In this document: positions 24,165-34,313 of the stretch, one piece after another
How the letters are laid out: each line of letters begins with the position of its first letter
Numbering within the stretch: position 1 is the stretch's first letter
IMG/VR virus record: IMGVR_UViG_3300045912_000261
Span: 32,001-96,000 of that record
From: a virus
DNA length: 64,000 nt
Reading direction: 5' to 3' (one strand)
The notes under the pieces: generated by a model
Told to the model about the DNA's origin: nothing
The model's input: the letters and a program-made list of their open reading frames with translations, nothing else
The model's database searches: none
Program-made: the position numbers and the translations under genes

Positions 24165-25898
24165 CTAGACGGGATCGCCTGCTGCGCTGATGTCAGCCAG
24201 GAAGGCCCCCTCAGCGGCAAGGACTACATTGATACCTGCTGGCTTAAGCTCTTGTACGAGCTCGGTCATAGCCCTATAGAGGGCATCACCTGGCTCGGCG
24301 GGCAGCCTGATAGTAACTGTGTACGTCGGGTAGGTGTCCACAATTCCAATATCCTGACCCGCGGGGGCGCCTACGGACTTGACGAATTCGGTCCTGGCCT
24401 CGTCGCTGAGTACGAACCTGCGCGCGACCACCAGGGCTCGACGGTCTGCCAACCTTAGCTCCGAGTACGATGGGAGGCCAAGTTGTCTCTCCCAGTCAGC
24501 AATAGCCCAGGTGACCTTACTGGGAATTGACTGGAAGACGCAATCTTCAAGCATCACGTAGATGTCCGCCAGAGCCTTGGCGTGGACGGTATATAGTCCA
24601 TTCCCGAGGGAGCTCTCCCTGAGGAAGTCGGGCATGTACAAACTGCGAAAACGTCCCACAACGTCGTGGACTGTCCAGATCCACACAAAGGATTCCTGGA
24701 AGATAATTGTGGGCCCCGTCGACGGAGCCGAGACTCTCAGGCGTAACGTGTACTGGACTCCCTGCTGGAAAGGGGGTTCGACCCAAAATCCGAACTTGCC
24801 AACTTTGTCCAGGTCGACTGTAGTTGTCATCCAAGAGCCGTGCACTCCGGAGATGATGAGCTGCCACTCGATCGTGCCATCTGTAATTGGTGCCAGAACC
24901 TCTCCAGAGACGCGGTAGCGTCCATTACCGACGGCTCCAGGCCGCCAGAAGGGATCGAGGACGACGTTGGAGACTTCGACGGACTCGTGGGTAACGTTTC
25001 CTAGTACCCACTCACCTCGGCCCTGCTGGTCGTATTGAAGCTGAACACCGTCTGGGAAACTAACCGCCGCCGAAAGTTCACCCCTACCCTCAATGAGAAT
25101 GTCGGCGGTTCCGACTTCGGCGGACAGCTCACCCCTGCCAGAAACGTTGGCCTCGAGCTCCGTCGGAGGGGTAATAACTGTGAACGGAGTAAGACCCCTA
25201 CGGTTGAGAAGGGACGGCGTTCTAGTGGGAGGCCCTCCTAAGGCGTCTGTAGGCGTTCCGTTAAGGGCCCCAACGTCACCGCTGCCTGACAGGTCGTAGA
25301 TCAGGGAGGTGTTCCACAGAGGCCGTGCATCCAAGACGCTTCTTAGGACGTAGCCCCTCCACATTACTGTCCTGAGCTCGCCCTCCGTGAGGGCTACGTC
25401 GTACCAAGAAACGTAGGCCAGATCCCCGCCAAGAGCGAAGCCGAAGCTGGGGTCGTTTCCGTAGTGCGGGCGAACACTTCCGGGCGTGAGGCCAGCTGCC
25501 GTAGGTGCAATACTGGTGGTTACAGTACGGCTCGTTGGCCAGGAGTCAACTGCTGGGTCAGAATGGTACACTGTGGGGGTGTTCGTCCCCACTTGAGTAA
25601 TGGCGAGGAATAGCCACTTTACGCCATTGCCCACATGGACCATGTTGGCCGCCGTTACCCACCAGCGGGCAGTCTCGTTACCCGTCTCTCTGTCAATGAT
25701 GATCCGGCCAGCCTCAGCTGAGCCAAAGTAGATGTCGATCGGGAGAGTGGACCCCTCCCCGAAGGACGTTACGTTTCGGTTCGCCGCGGCCGCATTCCAC
25801 CTGTACCAACAGCAGAAGGTCCAGTCGGAGGGCGCAGTCAGGTCCGCCGCAGCTCTGCGGACGGCCTGGGTAGAGGCTGCAGCGAAGTTTACTGGCAC
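24165..25898 (-). CDS. Baseplate wedge protein (YmfQ/gp48-like C-terminus) fused to an N-terminal LamG/ConA-like domain
   Basis: C-terminus YMPDFL..., IADWERQLGL, RRALV, LKPAG. N-terminus WTFCCW, WLFLA, GDLAYVSWYDVALT. Confidence 0.7.
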   Translation of the reverse strand: MPVNFAAASTQAVRRAAADLTAPSDWTFCCWYRWNAAAANRNVTSFGEGSTLPIDIYFGSAEAGRIIIDRETGNETARWWVTAANMVHVGNGVKWLFLAITQVGTNTPTVYHSDPAVDSWPTSRTVTTSIAPTAAGLTPGSVRPHYGNDPSFGFALGGDLAYVSWYDVALTEGELRTVMWRGYVLRSVLDARPLWNTSLIYDLSGSGDVGALNGTPTDALGGPPTRTPSLLNRRGLTPFTVITPPTELEANVSGRGELSAEVGTADILIEGRGELSAAVSFPDGVQLQYDQQGRGEWVLGNVTHESVEVSNVVLDPFWRPGAVGNGRYRVSGEVLAPITDGTIEWQLIISGVHGSWMTTTVDLDKVGKFGFWVEPPFQQGVQYTLRLRVSAPSTGPTIIFQESFVWIWTVHDVVGRFRSLYMPDFLRESSLGNGLYTVHAKALADIYVMLEDCVFQSIPSKVTWAIADWERQLGLPSYSELRLADRRALVVARRFVLSDEARTEFVKSVGAPAGQDIGIVDTYPTYTVTIRLPAEPGDALYRAMTELVQELKPAGINVVLAAEGAFLADISAAGDPV

Positions 25899-25901
25899 GA
25901 G

Positions 25902-26360
25902 TTAGACTGCGTAGAGGAAGACTGCATCGGCGAGGATTGTGTCCACTGCCAGCGTGTCGTTGGCGTGAGCCCCCTCGTGGTGGATCTCTACGAGGAGGAT
26001 GTCATCCGGCGCTGCCCCTGTAACGGAGAAGCTCACGTCCTTTCTCCTGAGGGCTGTGGTGGGTACCGTAACATCCTGTGCTGCCACACCTGTAAGGGTG
26101 GGATCAAGATCCTCTCCGTCAGCCACGAAAGCATACCCGATGCTGAGTCTCGTAACTCCGCTCGCGGCGTTAGCCATGATGGACAGCCTAACGGTCCCTC
26201 CTGTAGCGTAGTCGTCAGGGATCTGGCACTTTCCCCTCCACTTACCCGAGACGTCCTTCCTAAAGTGGGGCAAGAGCTGCAAGAAGTCAGCTCCCGCCGG
26301 ACCGACGTAAGCGTTGCCGTCGGTCGACGGCGTCGATACGTCGATTGGGACTAGAGGCAT
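25902..26360 (-). CDS. Hypothetical virion protein
   Basis: GAAGGAG RBS. See the frameshift finding for a possible N-terminal extension. Confidence 0.7.
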   Translation of the reverse strand: MPLVPIDVSTPSTDGNAYVGPAGADFLQLLPHFRKDVSGKWRGKCQIPDDYATGGTVRLSIMANAASGVTRLSIGYAFVADGEDLDPTLTGVAAQDVTVPTTALRRKDVSFSVTGAAPDDILLVEIHHEGAHANDTLAVDTILADAVFLYAV

Positions 26361-26434
26361 TTCTCCTTCCTCTGGGTAGAGGTTAGTACTAGGATAGAGA
26401 GAGTAGTACTCGGAGTAGGCATCCTACCTAGAGA

Positions 26435-26860
26435 TTATGGGTTGACGATGAGGCGGAAGACTAGCTTGCCGGCACCGAATACCACAGGGACGTCTTGGGT
26501 GGTCGCCACCGGGGCGTTCGTTAGGTCGGCGAATCCGAAGAAGTTACCGCCAGACGAGGCGTCCCAGAGCGCTGCACCATTGAGGTTGCCCCAGTTGCCA
26601 CCTGTAGGTGTACCGTGAGTAATCGAGTTCGTGTTGGACACCGTCGCCCCAGACTGGGTCCAGGAGGTTGCCCCGTTGATTGTTAGCGCCTTACGAGCGT
26701 AGGCGTTACCCGAGACCTCAGTACCACCAGTACCCGCATCGCTAGTCGGCGTCACGGTGTACAGAGCAAGATACAGCGTACCGGGAGGTGCCCAATCCTC
26801 AAAGTTGAAGAGGTGGCGTACAAGCTTCTCCTTCAGGTACGCACCTAGCTGCGTTGCCAT
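26435..26860 (-). CDS. Virion structural protein
   Basis: LYLALYT.P...GTEVSG..YAR pattern common in phage tail regions. Confidence 0.7.
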   Translation of the reverse strand: MATQLGAYLKEKLVRHLFNFEDWAPPGTLYLALYTVTPTSDAGTGGTEVSGNAYARKALTINGATSWTQSGATVSNTNSITHGTPTGGNWGNLNGAALWDASSGGNFFGFADLTNAPVATTQDVPVVFGAGKLVFRLIVNP

Positions 26861-26876
26861 CTACTTCCCTTTCTGC

Positions 26877-28931
26877 TTATGGTCCTGACACCCATCCGGT
26901 GCCGACAACCCACCTGACACGCCCTTCCTTCTGACCATCTACGATTAGGTAAGGACGCGACACATCCCGCACGCCCAAACCGTCGCAGCAGGTGCATCCT
27001 TCCACCTCGGGGAAGTAAGCCACCCTAAGGGCCGGAGGCACCGTCCCGCCGAGCTCAGCGTCGACTTGCCAGTCACCCCTACCAGAGAACGAGACGTCAA
27101 GCTCGGTCCCACCAGGCTGCGAGGGAACATTCTGCACGACCCCGAAGACAGACCCCACAAAGTTGTCTGTAGTACCGCTTCCAAAGGGGTCTGAGGGGCC
27201 ATCTGAATAGACGTCACTGTTGACGAGCAGTCCCCCCGCCACGGAGTCGAAGGAGTACTGTACCTCACCGGTAGGCGTACCCGATCGGAGACCTGAATGG
27301 AATCCTAGCAGGATGTCTCCCCCCGAAGGGGGACCCTTGATGGGTGAGGCGACAGTAAACTCAACCCACTGCTCGGCCATGTTCTCTGCCAGCACCCGCT
27401 CGTTCGAAACTCCCAACCGGGCGGCCGTGTTGGCGTTGTACACAACCACCTTGATAGGTTGCGTCGACGAACCTGTTCCAGAACCCCTCATACGGGCCCA
27501 GAAGGTAGTAAACTGCTTGCCTGCAGGCATCGTAAACCGGAAGGCGCGCTTGGCGTCCGGGGACATGCCCTTGAAGCCTGTCGTCCCGGCCGGGAACTTA
27601 CCAACCTTCTCCGTTCCCGGAGCAGGATCGTCACCAGGTTGCGGAGGCGGTGGGGAGGCTGCTTGAGGCTGTGCCGAGATCTGAGCTGGACTGGAGTAGG
27701 TACCTCCGGCACGAGTGTATACCGAGTAGTAGTACGTTGTACCGTTCGTCAAGCCCGTGTCCGTGTGACTAGTTCCCGTGCTGTCGTAGATCGTGGTTCC
27801 GTCAGCTGGGGAAGTCGAGTAGGATCCCGTCTTCCGGACGATGACGATAGAATCCCATGTTCCACCAGGATTCGTCCACGACAGCGCAACTTGTGTATCC
27901 CCTGGAGTAGCTGCTAGGTTAGTTACGGGCGAAGGCGGAGACGGCGTCGATCCCCCAGGCTGCAGCTGCTGCGGGCCGTACCCGATGGATGGCGAGTTAG
28001 AGGATAGTCTGTAGTCCCCTACGGAGGGGTTGACGAACAGTGGGTCGGTGTTCTGTAGGTTGCTGGTTGTAAACCCTCCGCTGGAGGAGTTGATTCGCCC
28101 ACCGGAGCCCGAACCTTGGTAGACGTTGGAATCCCGAACAACGTTACCCACCCCTGCGGGTGAGCATCCCCAGTAGGACTCAACCAAGTACCTGCCTGAC
28201 CTAGTGCAGTTCATCAGGATGGACTTCTCGACGATGTTGCGGTCGGATGAGTAGCACCCTGTGAGGCCCGTGGAGGAGTCGTTAGCCCCCGAGAAAGTAA
28301 TCCCGGCGTTAACGTTGGCTGCGGTGATCCTCTGGACCGTGGTATCATCCCCGTTGTTGTAGAAGTGGAAGCACCAGCCGTCAGTGATTTCGTAGAAGAG
28401 GCAGTCCTCCACCCTGGTGAACTGGCAGTTCTTGATGTACAAGGGGTGGTCGTGGTTGTTTCGGGAGGGGTCTCCGATAAGGCGGAAGCGGATTCGCCTG
28501 AAGATCACATTGGAGGTGAACCGAGGGGAGCCGATGGTAAAGAAGATCCTCCCCGGGAAGCCATCAATGCGGTTCATGCACACCAAGTCTTCGAAGATGC
28601 AGCCGTCTCCGTTGACGAGGCAGGTCCCCGAGGCTTCCGTAGACACTGCACCGCTCCAGCCGAAACCTCTGAAGACCGAACCTCCACCTCCTGAGTTGAT
28701 GGAGAATCTGCCCTTAAGGCGGACGGAGACCGAACTCATAGTGTGTCCGTGGGTACCGCTTACGAACATCCCAGGGGACCAACCATCCCCTTCGATGATG
28801 ACTCTCTTGCCGATACTGAAGAAGCCTGACCCCAAGTTGTGCTCTCCTGGCAGCAGTAGGAGAGTGTCCCCGGAGGCCGCCGCTGAGTACTGGGATGAGA
28901 ACGTCCCCGGAGAGACGGTAAGAACTGCCAT
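26877..28931 (-). CDS. Beta-helix plus fibronectin-III domain virion protein
   Basis: N-terminal beta-helix paralog of 19496-21106. FN3: VTNLAATPGDTQVALSW...HTDTGLTNGTTYYYSV. Confidence 0.8.
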   Translation of the reverse strand: MAVLTVSPGTFSSQYSAAASGDTLLLLPGEHNLGSGFFSIGKRVIIEGDGWSPGMFVSGTHGHTMSSVSVRLKGRFSINSGGGGSVFRGFGWSGAVSTEASGTCLVNGDGCIFEDLVCMNRIDGFPGRIFFTIGSPRFTSNVIFRRIRFRLIGDPSRNNHDHPLYIKNCQFTRVEDCLFYEITDGWCFHFYNNGDDTTVQRITAANVNAGITFSGANDSSTGLTGCYSSDRNIVEKSILMNCTRSGRYLVESYWGCSPAGVGNVVRDSNVYQGSGSGGRINSSSGGFTTSNLQNTDPLFVNPSVGDYRLSSNSPSIGYGPQQLQPGGSTPSPPSPVTNLAATPGDTQVALSWTNPGGTWDSIVIVRKTGSYSTSPADGTTIYDSTGTSHTDTGLTNGTTYYYSVYTRAGGTYSSPAQISAQPQAASPPPPQPGDDPAPGTEKVGKFPAGTTGFKGMSPDAKRAFRFTMPAGKQFTTFWARMRGSGTGSSTQPIKVVVYNANTAARLGVSNERVLAENMAEQWVEFTVASPIKGPPSGGDILLGFHSGLRSGTPTGEVQYSFDSVAGGLLVNSDVYSDGPSDPFGSGTTDNFVGSVFGVVQNVPSQPGGTELDVSFSGRGDWQVDAELGGTVPPALRVAYFPEVEGCTCCDGLGVRDVSRPYLIVDGQKEGRVRWVVGTGWVSGP

Positions 28932-28934
28932 TAC

Positions 28935-30566
28935 CTAGCTCCCTGCCGTGAGGGTGATCGTGCCCGCCAGAGGCCTCTCGCCTTCAGCCAGCGTGAGATT
29001 AGCTGCCGTAAGCGCCTGGCCCGTCCTGGCAAGCTTCACGTTAGCGTAGTCCACAACCCCAGGGAAGTCGTGAATCACGTTGGCAATGTAGGAGAGCCTG
29101 ATGACGCCCTCCCCAATCGGTAGGTTCCTGATTGCGTCCGCGATTGCCTTCTTGAGGTCGTCCTGAATGTCCGACAGCATGAGGCCCGCGTCCACGTAGA
29201 TGCTGGCCTCAGCATCGACCTTCGTCGCCTTCGCAGAAATAACGGTAACCTGAATACCGATCGGGGCTTGTCCCTCACCATGGCCTCCTGCCGTGCTGTA
29301 GATACGCAGTCCGTCAAGGGTGATCGAGGCGGCTCCGGAAGCTGTTGAGGTGAGGGAGATACGGATGGAGCCGATGCTGGACCAACTGAATGTTCCGGTG
29401 GTCGTGAAGCTACTCCGTGCGATCTCCAACCGGCCCTGTCCCGTACCGCCCCCGAGTCCATCAATTGTAGCGCCCGTGATGGTTGCCTCCGTCAGGCCTA
29501 CACCTGTCCCGCCAGGGTCGATGAAGGCAACCTTCAAGTTGGACACTCGGCCGGTTTGGGCAACCTTCACGGATAGGTGGATCTCGTCAGCTGCATCGTC
29601 CCAAAAGCCTAGGTTAAGAGTCTTGGTAAGCGTCGTAGTAACAGTCTGGCTCGCTCCCGCGGTGGCCAGAATACGAGACTCCTCACCCTCTAGCGGGTTG
29701 TTTACCTCCGTCGTGACGGACGCTCCCGACCAAGCCTCCGCAGCTTCAAAGTGAGCTAGGGTCAGCACGCTGGGGTCGAAGTCAGCTTGGATCTCGTCAA
29801 CCACGGAGGGGGCCACGTGGATCGTATCCCGCCCGCTGAGGACGACCCTAGCCGTCCCGTTTCCTAGCCACAAGTCCTCTACGCGTACCCCTCCCACGGC
29901 AATGTTGTTGAGACCCAGAGCAACATACGTGGCTTTGTTTCCAGAGGCGGGCAGCTGCCCCGCTCGGGTGAGTGCCCTGAACCGCAGCTCCTCGTCGTCC
30001 TCAACGTCAGTGCCACCCTCAGCCGCGTCGGGGTTGTTGACATCTGTAATGCCTGGGAGAGGGTCTACGATTAGCACGATCGTGTCGGGGTCTACGTTGG
30101 TGTGTGCCCCGGGATCAACGGAGCGAGCCTCGACAAGTACTGTGGTCTGGCTCGGTGCAATGGTGTAGGGACCGTTAATCACCTCGAACTCCACACCCGA
30201 GCTGCCGACGGCAAAGTCACCCTGCGTCGAGAACCGCGAACCGTTATTGATAACCGCACCCTCGTCCCCAGTCACCAACAGTGTAGCCGTGGACTGGGTT
30301 GCGGGCCTTCTCGTAAGACCAAACTCGGCGGCCTTGTCATCGAGTGCGTTGCCGATCGCGTATAGAAGGAAGCCCATAGTAAGGGCGTCCTCTGAATAAG
30401 AGTGGAGACGCTGGATCTCTACTGCGATCGGCATAAGCACGGCATGGATAAGGGAGCCAGCACGGGTGTTCCAGGAGCCTCCTCCGGCGGGCGGAGGAAG
30501 GTCCTCCAGGAGCCGGAGGTAAATGTCCTCCGTAGTCTCTCCTGGGAAGATGGGGGAAATGGCCAC
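28935..30566 (-). CDS. Baseplate J/gp47-like protein
   Basis: LD..A.EFGL.R.PAT, GGTDVEDDEELR.R, GNGT.RV, PIG..VTV. Confidence 0.9.
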   Translation of the reverse strand: MAISPIFPGETTEDIYLRLLEDLPPPAGGGSWNTRAGSLIHAVLMPIAVEIQRLHSYSEDALTMGFLLYAIGNALDDKAAEFGLTRRPATQSTATLLVTGDEGAVINNGSRFSTQGDFAVGSSGVEFEVINGPYTIAPSQTTVLVEARSVDPGAHTNVDPDTIVLIVDPLPGITDVNNPDAAEGGTDVEDDEELRFRALTRAGQLPASGNKATYVALGLNNIAVGGVRVEDLWLGNGTARVVLSGRDTIHVAPSVVDEIQADFDPSVLTLAHFEAAEAWSGASVTTEVNNPLEGEESRILATAGASQTVTTTLTKTLNLGFWDDAADEIHLSVKVAQTGRVSNLKVAFIDPGGTGVGLTEATITGATIDGLGGGTGQGRLEIARSSFTTTGTFSWSSIGSIRISLTSTASGAASITLDGLRIYSTAGGHGEGQAPIGIQVTVISAKATKVDAEASIYVDAGLMLSDIQDDLKKAIADAIRNLPIGEGVIRLSYIANVIHDFPGVVDYANVKLARTGQALTAANLTLAEGERPLAGTITLTAGS

Positions 30567-30575
30567 GAGCAGCTC

Positions 30576-31067
30576 CTAGATCCCAATGGGCAAAGAGGCC
30601 TGGAAGGCCAGCGTGGCGTCATCATCCAAAATGACGTCAAAGTTGATAGTTAGCAATCCGTCCTGGGACAACTCAAACTCTACGTTGCGGATAGAGTCAA
30701 TCCTGTCATGCACCAGCAAGGCATCCTCGATCATTGCTGGAATCTCGGACGCGATCTCCTGCGGCCTCTGAGAGCCTCCCAGGAGCTCGTGGAGATCGGA
30801 CCCAAACTCCCCAGGGTAGATTACGGTGGAGCCCCTACGGGTGATCAGAGCCACGGTGATCCACTGTACAAGAGCCTGTGCTTCATCGGCTTGCTGGAGC
30901 CAGTTGCTAGGGCTAACAGCGAAGGCCCCTCGGATGAAGTCGAACTGCAGGTCCTTCCCGAGGTCCTGAGGCTCCTCAACCTCAAAGTCCTCGAATGCGC
31001 TCTCAGCATCGGTAGGCTCCGGTGCCAGGCCGAAAACTTCATCGTCCGGTACAAAGTTGGTGCTCAT
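30576..31067 (-). CDS. Baseplate wedge protein (XkdS/DUF2634/gp46-like)
   Basis: FDF, ALVQW...L.T.R...IY...FGS and I.DALL.HDRI motifs. Confidence 0.8.
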   Translation of the reverse strand: MSTNFVPDDEVFGLAPEPTDAESAFEDFEVEEPQDLGKDLQFDFIRGAFAVSPSNWLQQADEAQALVQWITVALITRRGSTVIYPGEFGSDLHELLGGSQRPQEIASEIPAMIEDALLVHDRIDSIRNVEFELSQDGLLTINFDVILDDDATLAFQASLPIGI

Positions 31068-32143
31068 GAACCCGCAACCCTAACGGGTGTAGCTGAAATC
31101 GAACGCTCCGTCCACCAGGCTCCGTCACCGGAGTCCTGAATCTTGTACTTACAAGTAAGCGTAACAGCGCTGAGGCCCGTCTTCCTCTTCTCCCTGTACG
31201 AATGAAAGGAGGTGTGGGAGAACGTGCCCGAAGGGCCCGAATGAGTATCCAAAGCATCGGTGTCTGAGGCCGCAGTCGCTCCAATCTGGTAACTCATCCA
31301 GTTTTCCTTGTTAGCCGTGCTGGAGTGAATGCGCGCCCCGATTTTGACGTCGTAGTCGCCTGGAAGGGGTAGAGTGATGGAAGGCCCGACAGTGGCAAGA
31401 TCACCGTACCCCGTCGCGGTGCGCTGCTCGCTCGCTGCCACAAGGGCAGATAGGGGAGGACCCCCAACAAAGGCCCAGGGGTAAGTAGCGTTAGGGTCGT
31501 AGCAAACCAGGTGCCAGACAATTCCGCTACCTACATTGTAGAAAACCGTTCGCCCTAGGGTAGGTGTAGGGAGACTGGTAACCAGGCTAGGGTGCTGCGC
31601 CCACTCGACATCGTGATCCGTACCACTAACCTTTCGGAGCACTGCTCCGGTGGACCCTCCCGTGGGAAGACCTACGGGAGGGGTAGTCCAGCCAACATCG
31701 AAGTTGGTGGCACTAGACTTGGTGAGCATCTGTCCCGTAGACCCCCCGGCAGGGAGCCCCGCAGGCGAGGCCGTCCAGGCAATATCGTAGTCGGCAGCAC
31801 TGGCTTTCGTAAGGACGTGGCCGTTAGCTCCCCCTGCAGGGAGTGGCGTCAGGATTCTTGAGGCCTCCTCGTCGGTTAGCTTGCCCACGACGGCCCACAT
31901 CTTAGCTGTCAGCTGCAGTAGCAGTACCCGGTCGCCTCTCTTAGGGTTGTACCCGTCAGCCACCCAGATCTCATCGCGGCCGATCAGGTTAGTATCCCCC
32001 TCCCTCTCAATCTGGAGGTTCACTCCCACCCTACGCACGTACCCCACGGAGGCCTGCCGGACGCTCCTCTGAATCCCTCGCTTAGCCTCATAGCGGGCCG
32101 CCTGGACGATACTTTGAGCCGTTCTGGAAGCTGCAAGGCCCAT
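31064..32143 (-). CDS. Baseplate spike-like protein with fibre repeats
   Basis: N-terminal P.RGDRVL OB-like motif and three LP.GG.TG.VL.K.S..D.D..W repeats. Confidence 0.65.
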   Translation of the reverse strand: MGLAASRTAQSIVQAARYEAKRGIQRSVRQASVGYVRRVGVNLQIEREGDTNLIGRDEIWVADGYNPKRGDRVLLLQLTAKMWAVVGKLTDEEASRILTPLPAGGANGHVLTKASAADYDIAWTASPAGLPAGGSTGQMLTKSSATNFDVGWTTPPVGLPTGGSTGAVLRKVSGTDHDVEWAQHPSLVTSLPTPTLGRTVFYNVGSGIVWHLVCYDPNATYPWAFVGGPPLSALVAASEQRTATGYGDLATVGPSITLPLPGDYDVKIGARIHSSTANKENWMSYQIGATAASDTDALDTHSGPSGTFSHTSFHSYREKRKTGLSAVTLTCKYKIQDSGDGAWWTERSISATPVRVAGS

Positions 32144-32144
32144 G

Positions 32145-34313
32145 CTAGTACCCCTGACTCACGGCCGTACTCCAGATGCGGTTAGCCGTTGGTAGATACT
32201 GCGGGAAGTACTCGTTGCGCCACTTGGGACGGAGGCTGTATGAAGGCCTCTGTGCCGCAATAGCAAGCTCAGCCTGCCTTAGCCCCCGGTTGTAGAACGT
32301 CCTGAACTCGTCAGCAGAAGCCTTGGCATTCGCGTCCGCATCGAGCGCCTGCGTCTGGGTCATGCGGTAAGTTGCCATCCGGCCGTTAATGTTGCACTGG
32401 AAGAGGCCGAAAGAGGTGCCGTTGTCACCTACGGCGGCTGGATTGAAAGTGTTCCCCGTCTCGATCATGGCCGTAATGATGAAGGCGATTGGATCCCCTG
32501 CCGCACGAGCCCACCGGCAAACTGCGTTGAGCCCCATGGTGTTGTAGCTCCCGAACCTGAAAGAGCGGCCCGCAGTCGGCTTGGTTGTAGAGTGCTTGGG
32601 GCTGACTTGCGCAGCGAGGCCGCTCTGGCCTCCCGTAGAAGGCGTCCCTCCTCCTGGAGTGGGGCCCGTACCCCCAGGGTTGCCTCCTCCCGGAGAGGAC
32701 ACGCCAGGAACGATGGGCTGCGACCCGTCCTTGACGTCCACGTGAACGTGGTCGTAATGGTTTCCTCCGGTAAAGCTCTTCCAGATGACCGTGCCCCGAT
32801 TGTTGGACACAGCTCCTCCGGAAGCAGGCAGCCTCGGGAGGCCGAGCGCGTCACAGGCAATCTTCGCCAGCAGGTCAAGTGAAGGCGAGGTAGCTGACGT
32901 GGATCCGGCATTGCGTAGATCGTGAGCTGCAATGTCAACCGCCAAGCCATACCTGTGGTTGGAGGGTCTACCTGTCCCCGCCACGGTGGAGCCTGGACGA
33001 AGTCCTGAAATGCAATACTGGCCTCCGGGAGTTACGGTGATAAGCTCACGGTAGAACTGCACGACGTGTGGTTGGACGCCCTCCAGGTTAGTGGTAAAGT
33101 CGTCCTGACCCACAGGCGCAATTGTAGCTGCCTCCGGGTAGATCTCGCTAATGTCACCAACAACTACCGGACGACCATCTGGTCCGAAGGTTACTACTTC
33201 CTCAGCCTGAAGCTGCTCTGTCTTCTCTTCCTCAGTGAGCCTCCTGGCAGGGACAATAGCAACCCAGGAGAGGTCGATGTCCATGTTGTGCTCGCCGGCG
33301 GAAATCATGTGATCCACAGCATCCACGAAGAACTTGCCCTTCAAACCGGTGTTGCGGTCGGCAATGACCAGAGCGTCAGTCGCGCGGATCGTGGGAATCC
33401 CCTCTGCGGACACTCTAGCTGTGCGGCGCAGCCTCTTAACCTTCTGCAGTCGGGCCCTTGCGAGCTGCTCTAACCTCTTGTACGAGTAAACGTTCGCCTG
33501 ATCGTACTGGATCGTTTCCGTGATGCGGCCATACCGGCGAATGTTGGGGTGGACAACTCGCACGGACTTCTGTGGAATGCGGTTGTCACCCAGGGATACT
33601 GCCCGGACGTCAGTAGCTACACCCTCCAAAGACTCTGACCACTCAGCACCCTTCAAGTTTGTGGACTCAGAGATCTCCCAGGTGTTGCTTTGGGAGACCA
33701 ACCGCGTAATATACATCACTCTGCCAATGGCCCGAATGCGATAGCGCACACCGGTATTAATTCTGTCCTCCGTGTACGCTGCGGTGATGATCTCTAGTGG
33801 CGTGCCTTCAAGCCTAACGAACGGGATCTTGAACTTGGTCTTGGTAATCCTGTGCGGAATTTCGTGCTCCCGAAACACAGCAGTGGCAATCTGTGACGCC
33901 GTCCATCCCCCAGGGTGCCTATTGTCATCCTTGAAGACCCACGTGCGAGACCCCGTACGCTGCAGGAAGCTGGCAATGTCAAACGACGTAACAGTGGTTG
34001 TTGCAGCCAGCCGGTCCGTAAGTCCCCTCTCCCAGACGTAAAAGTGCATAGCCGGCCTGATCCACTTCTGAGTCAAAGGATCCATTACCTTCATGACCAG
34101 CCAGGTCCCGGGCGCAAGCACCTTCCTAGCCCAGCCCTCAGGGTCGTAGAAGGTGAAGTTGGCTTCAACTGCGGCACGGCTAGCATCTTCTCTCCAACTA
34201 ACCGTACGCAGCATTGTGCTTACAGTGTAGGCAGGCTGCTGGTACGGAAAGGCTGTCAGAGAGATGTGATCGACTTTCTCCCGGGCACGCTGGAGTATAG
34301 ACTTAGGAGGCAC
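32145..34313 (-). CDS. Baseplate hub (XkdQ/gp44-like) fused to peptidase-like and transglycosylase-like domains
   Basis: Hub N-terminus, SNH..GLAVD ... HYDHVHV, and AMIETG..FNP.AVGDNGTSFGLFQ. Confidence 0.8.
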   Translation of the reverse strand: MPPKSILQRAREKVDHISLTAFPYQQPAYTVSTMLRTVSWREDASRAAVEANFTFYDPEGWARKVLAPGTWLVMKVMDPLTQKWIRPAMHFYVWERGLTDRLAATTTVTSFDIASFLQRTGSRTWVFKDDNRHPGGWTASQIATAVFREHEIPHRITKTKFKIPFVRLEGTPLEIITAAYTEDRINTGVRYRIRAIGRVMYITRLVSQSNTWEISESTNLKGAEWSESLEGVATDVRAVSLGDNRIPQKSVRVVHPNIRRYGRITETIQYDQANVYSYKRLEQLARARLQKVKRLRRTARVSAEGIPTIRATDALVIADRNTGLKGKFFVDAVDHMISAGEHNMDIDLSWVAIVPARRLTEEEKTEQLQAEEVVTFGPDGRPVVVGDISEIYPEAATIAPVGQDDFTTNLEGVQPHVVQFYRELITVTPGGQYCISGLRPGSTVAGTGRPSNHRYGLAVDIAAHDLRNAGSTSATSPSLDLLAKIACDALGLPRLPASGGAVSNNRGTVIWKSFTGGNHYDHVHVDVKDGSQPIVPGVSSPGGGNPGGTGPTPGGGTPSTGGQSGLAAQVSPKHSTTKPTAGRSFRFGSYNTMGLNAVCRWARAAGDPIAFIITAMIETGNTFNPAAVGDNGTSFGLFQCNINGRMATYRMTQTQALDADANAKASADEFRTFYNRGLRQAELAIAAQRPSYSLRPKWRNEYFPQYLPTANRIWSTAVSQGY

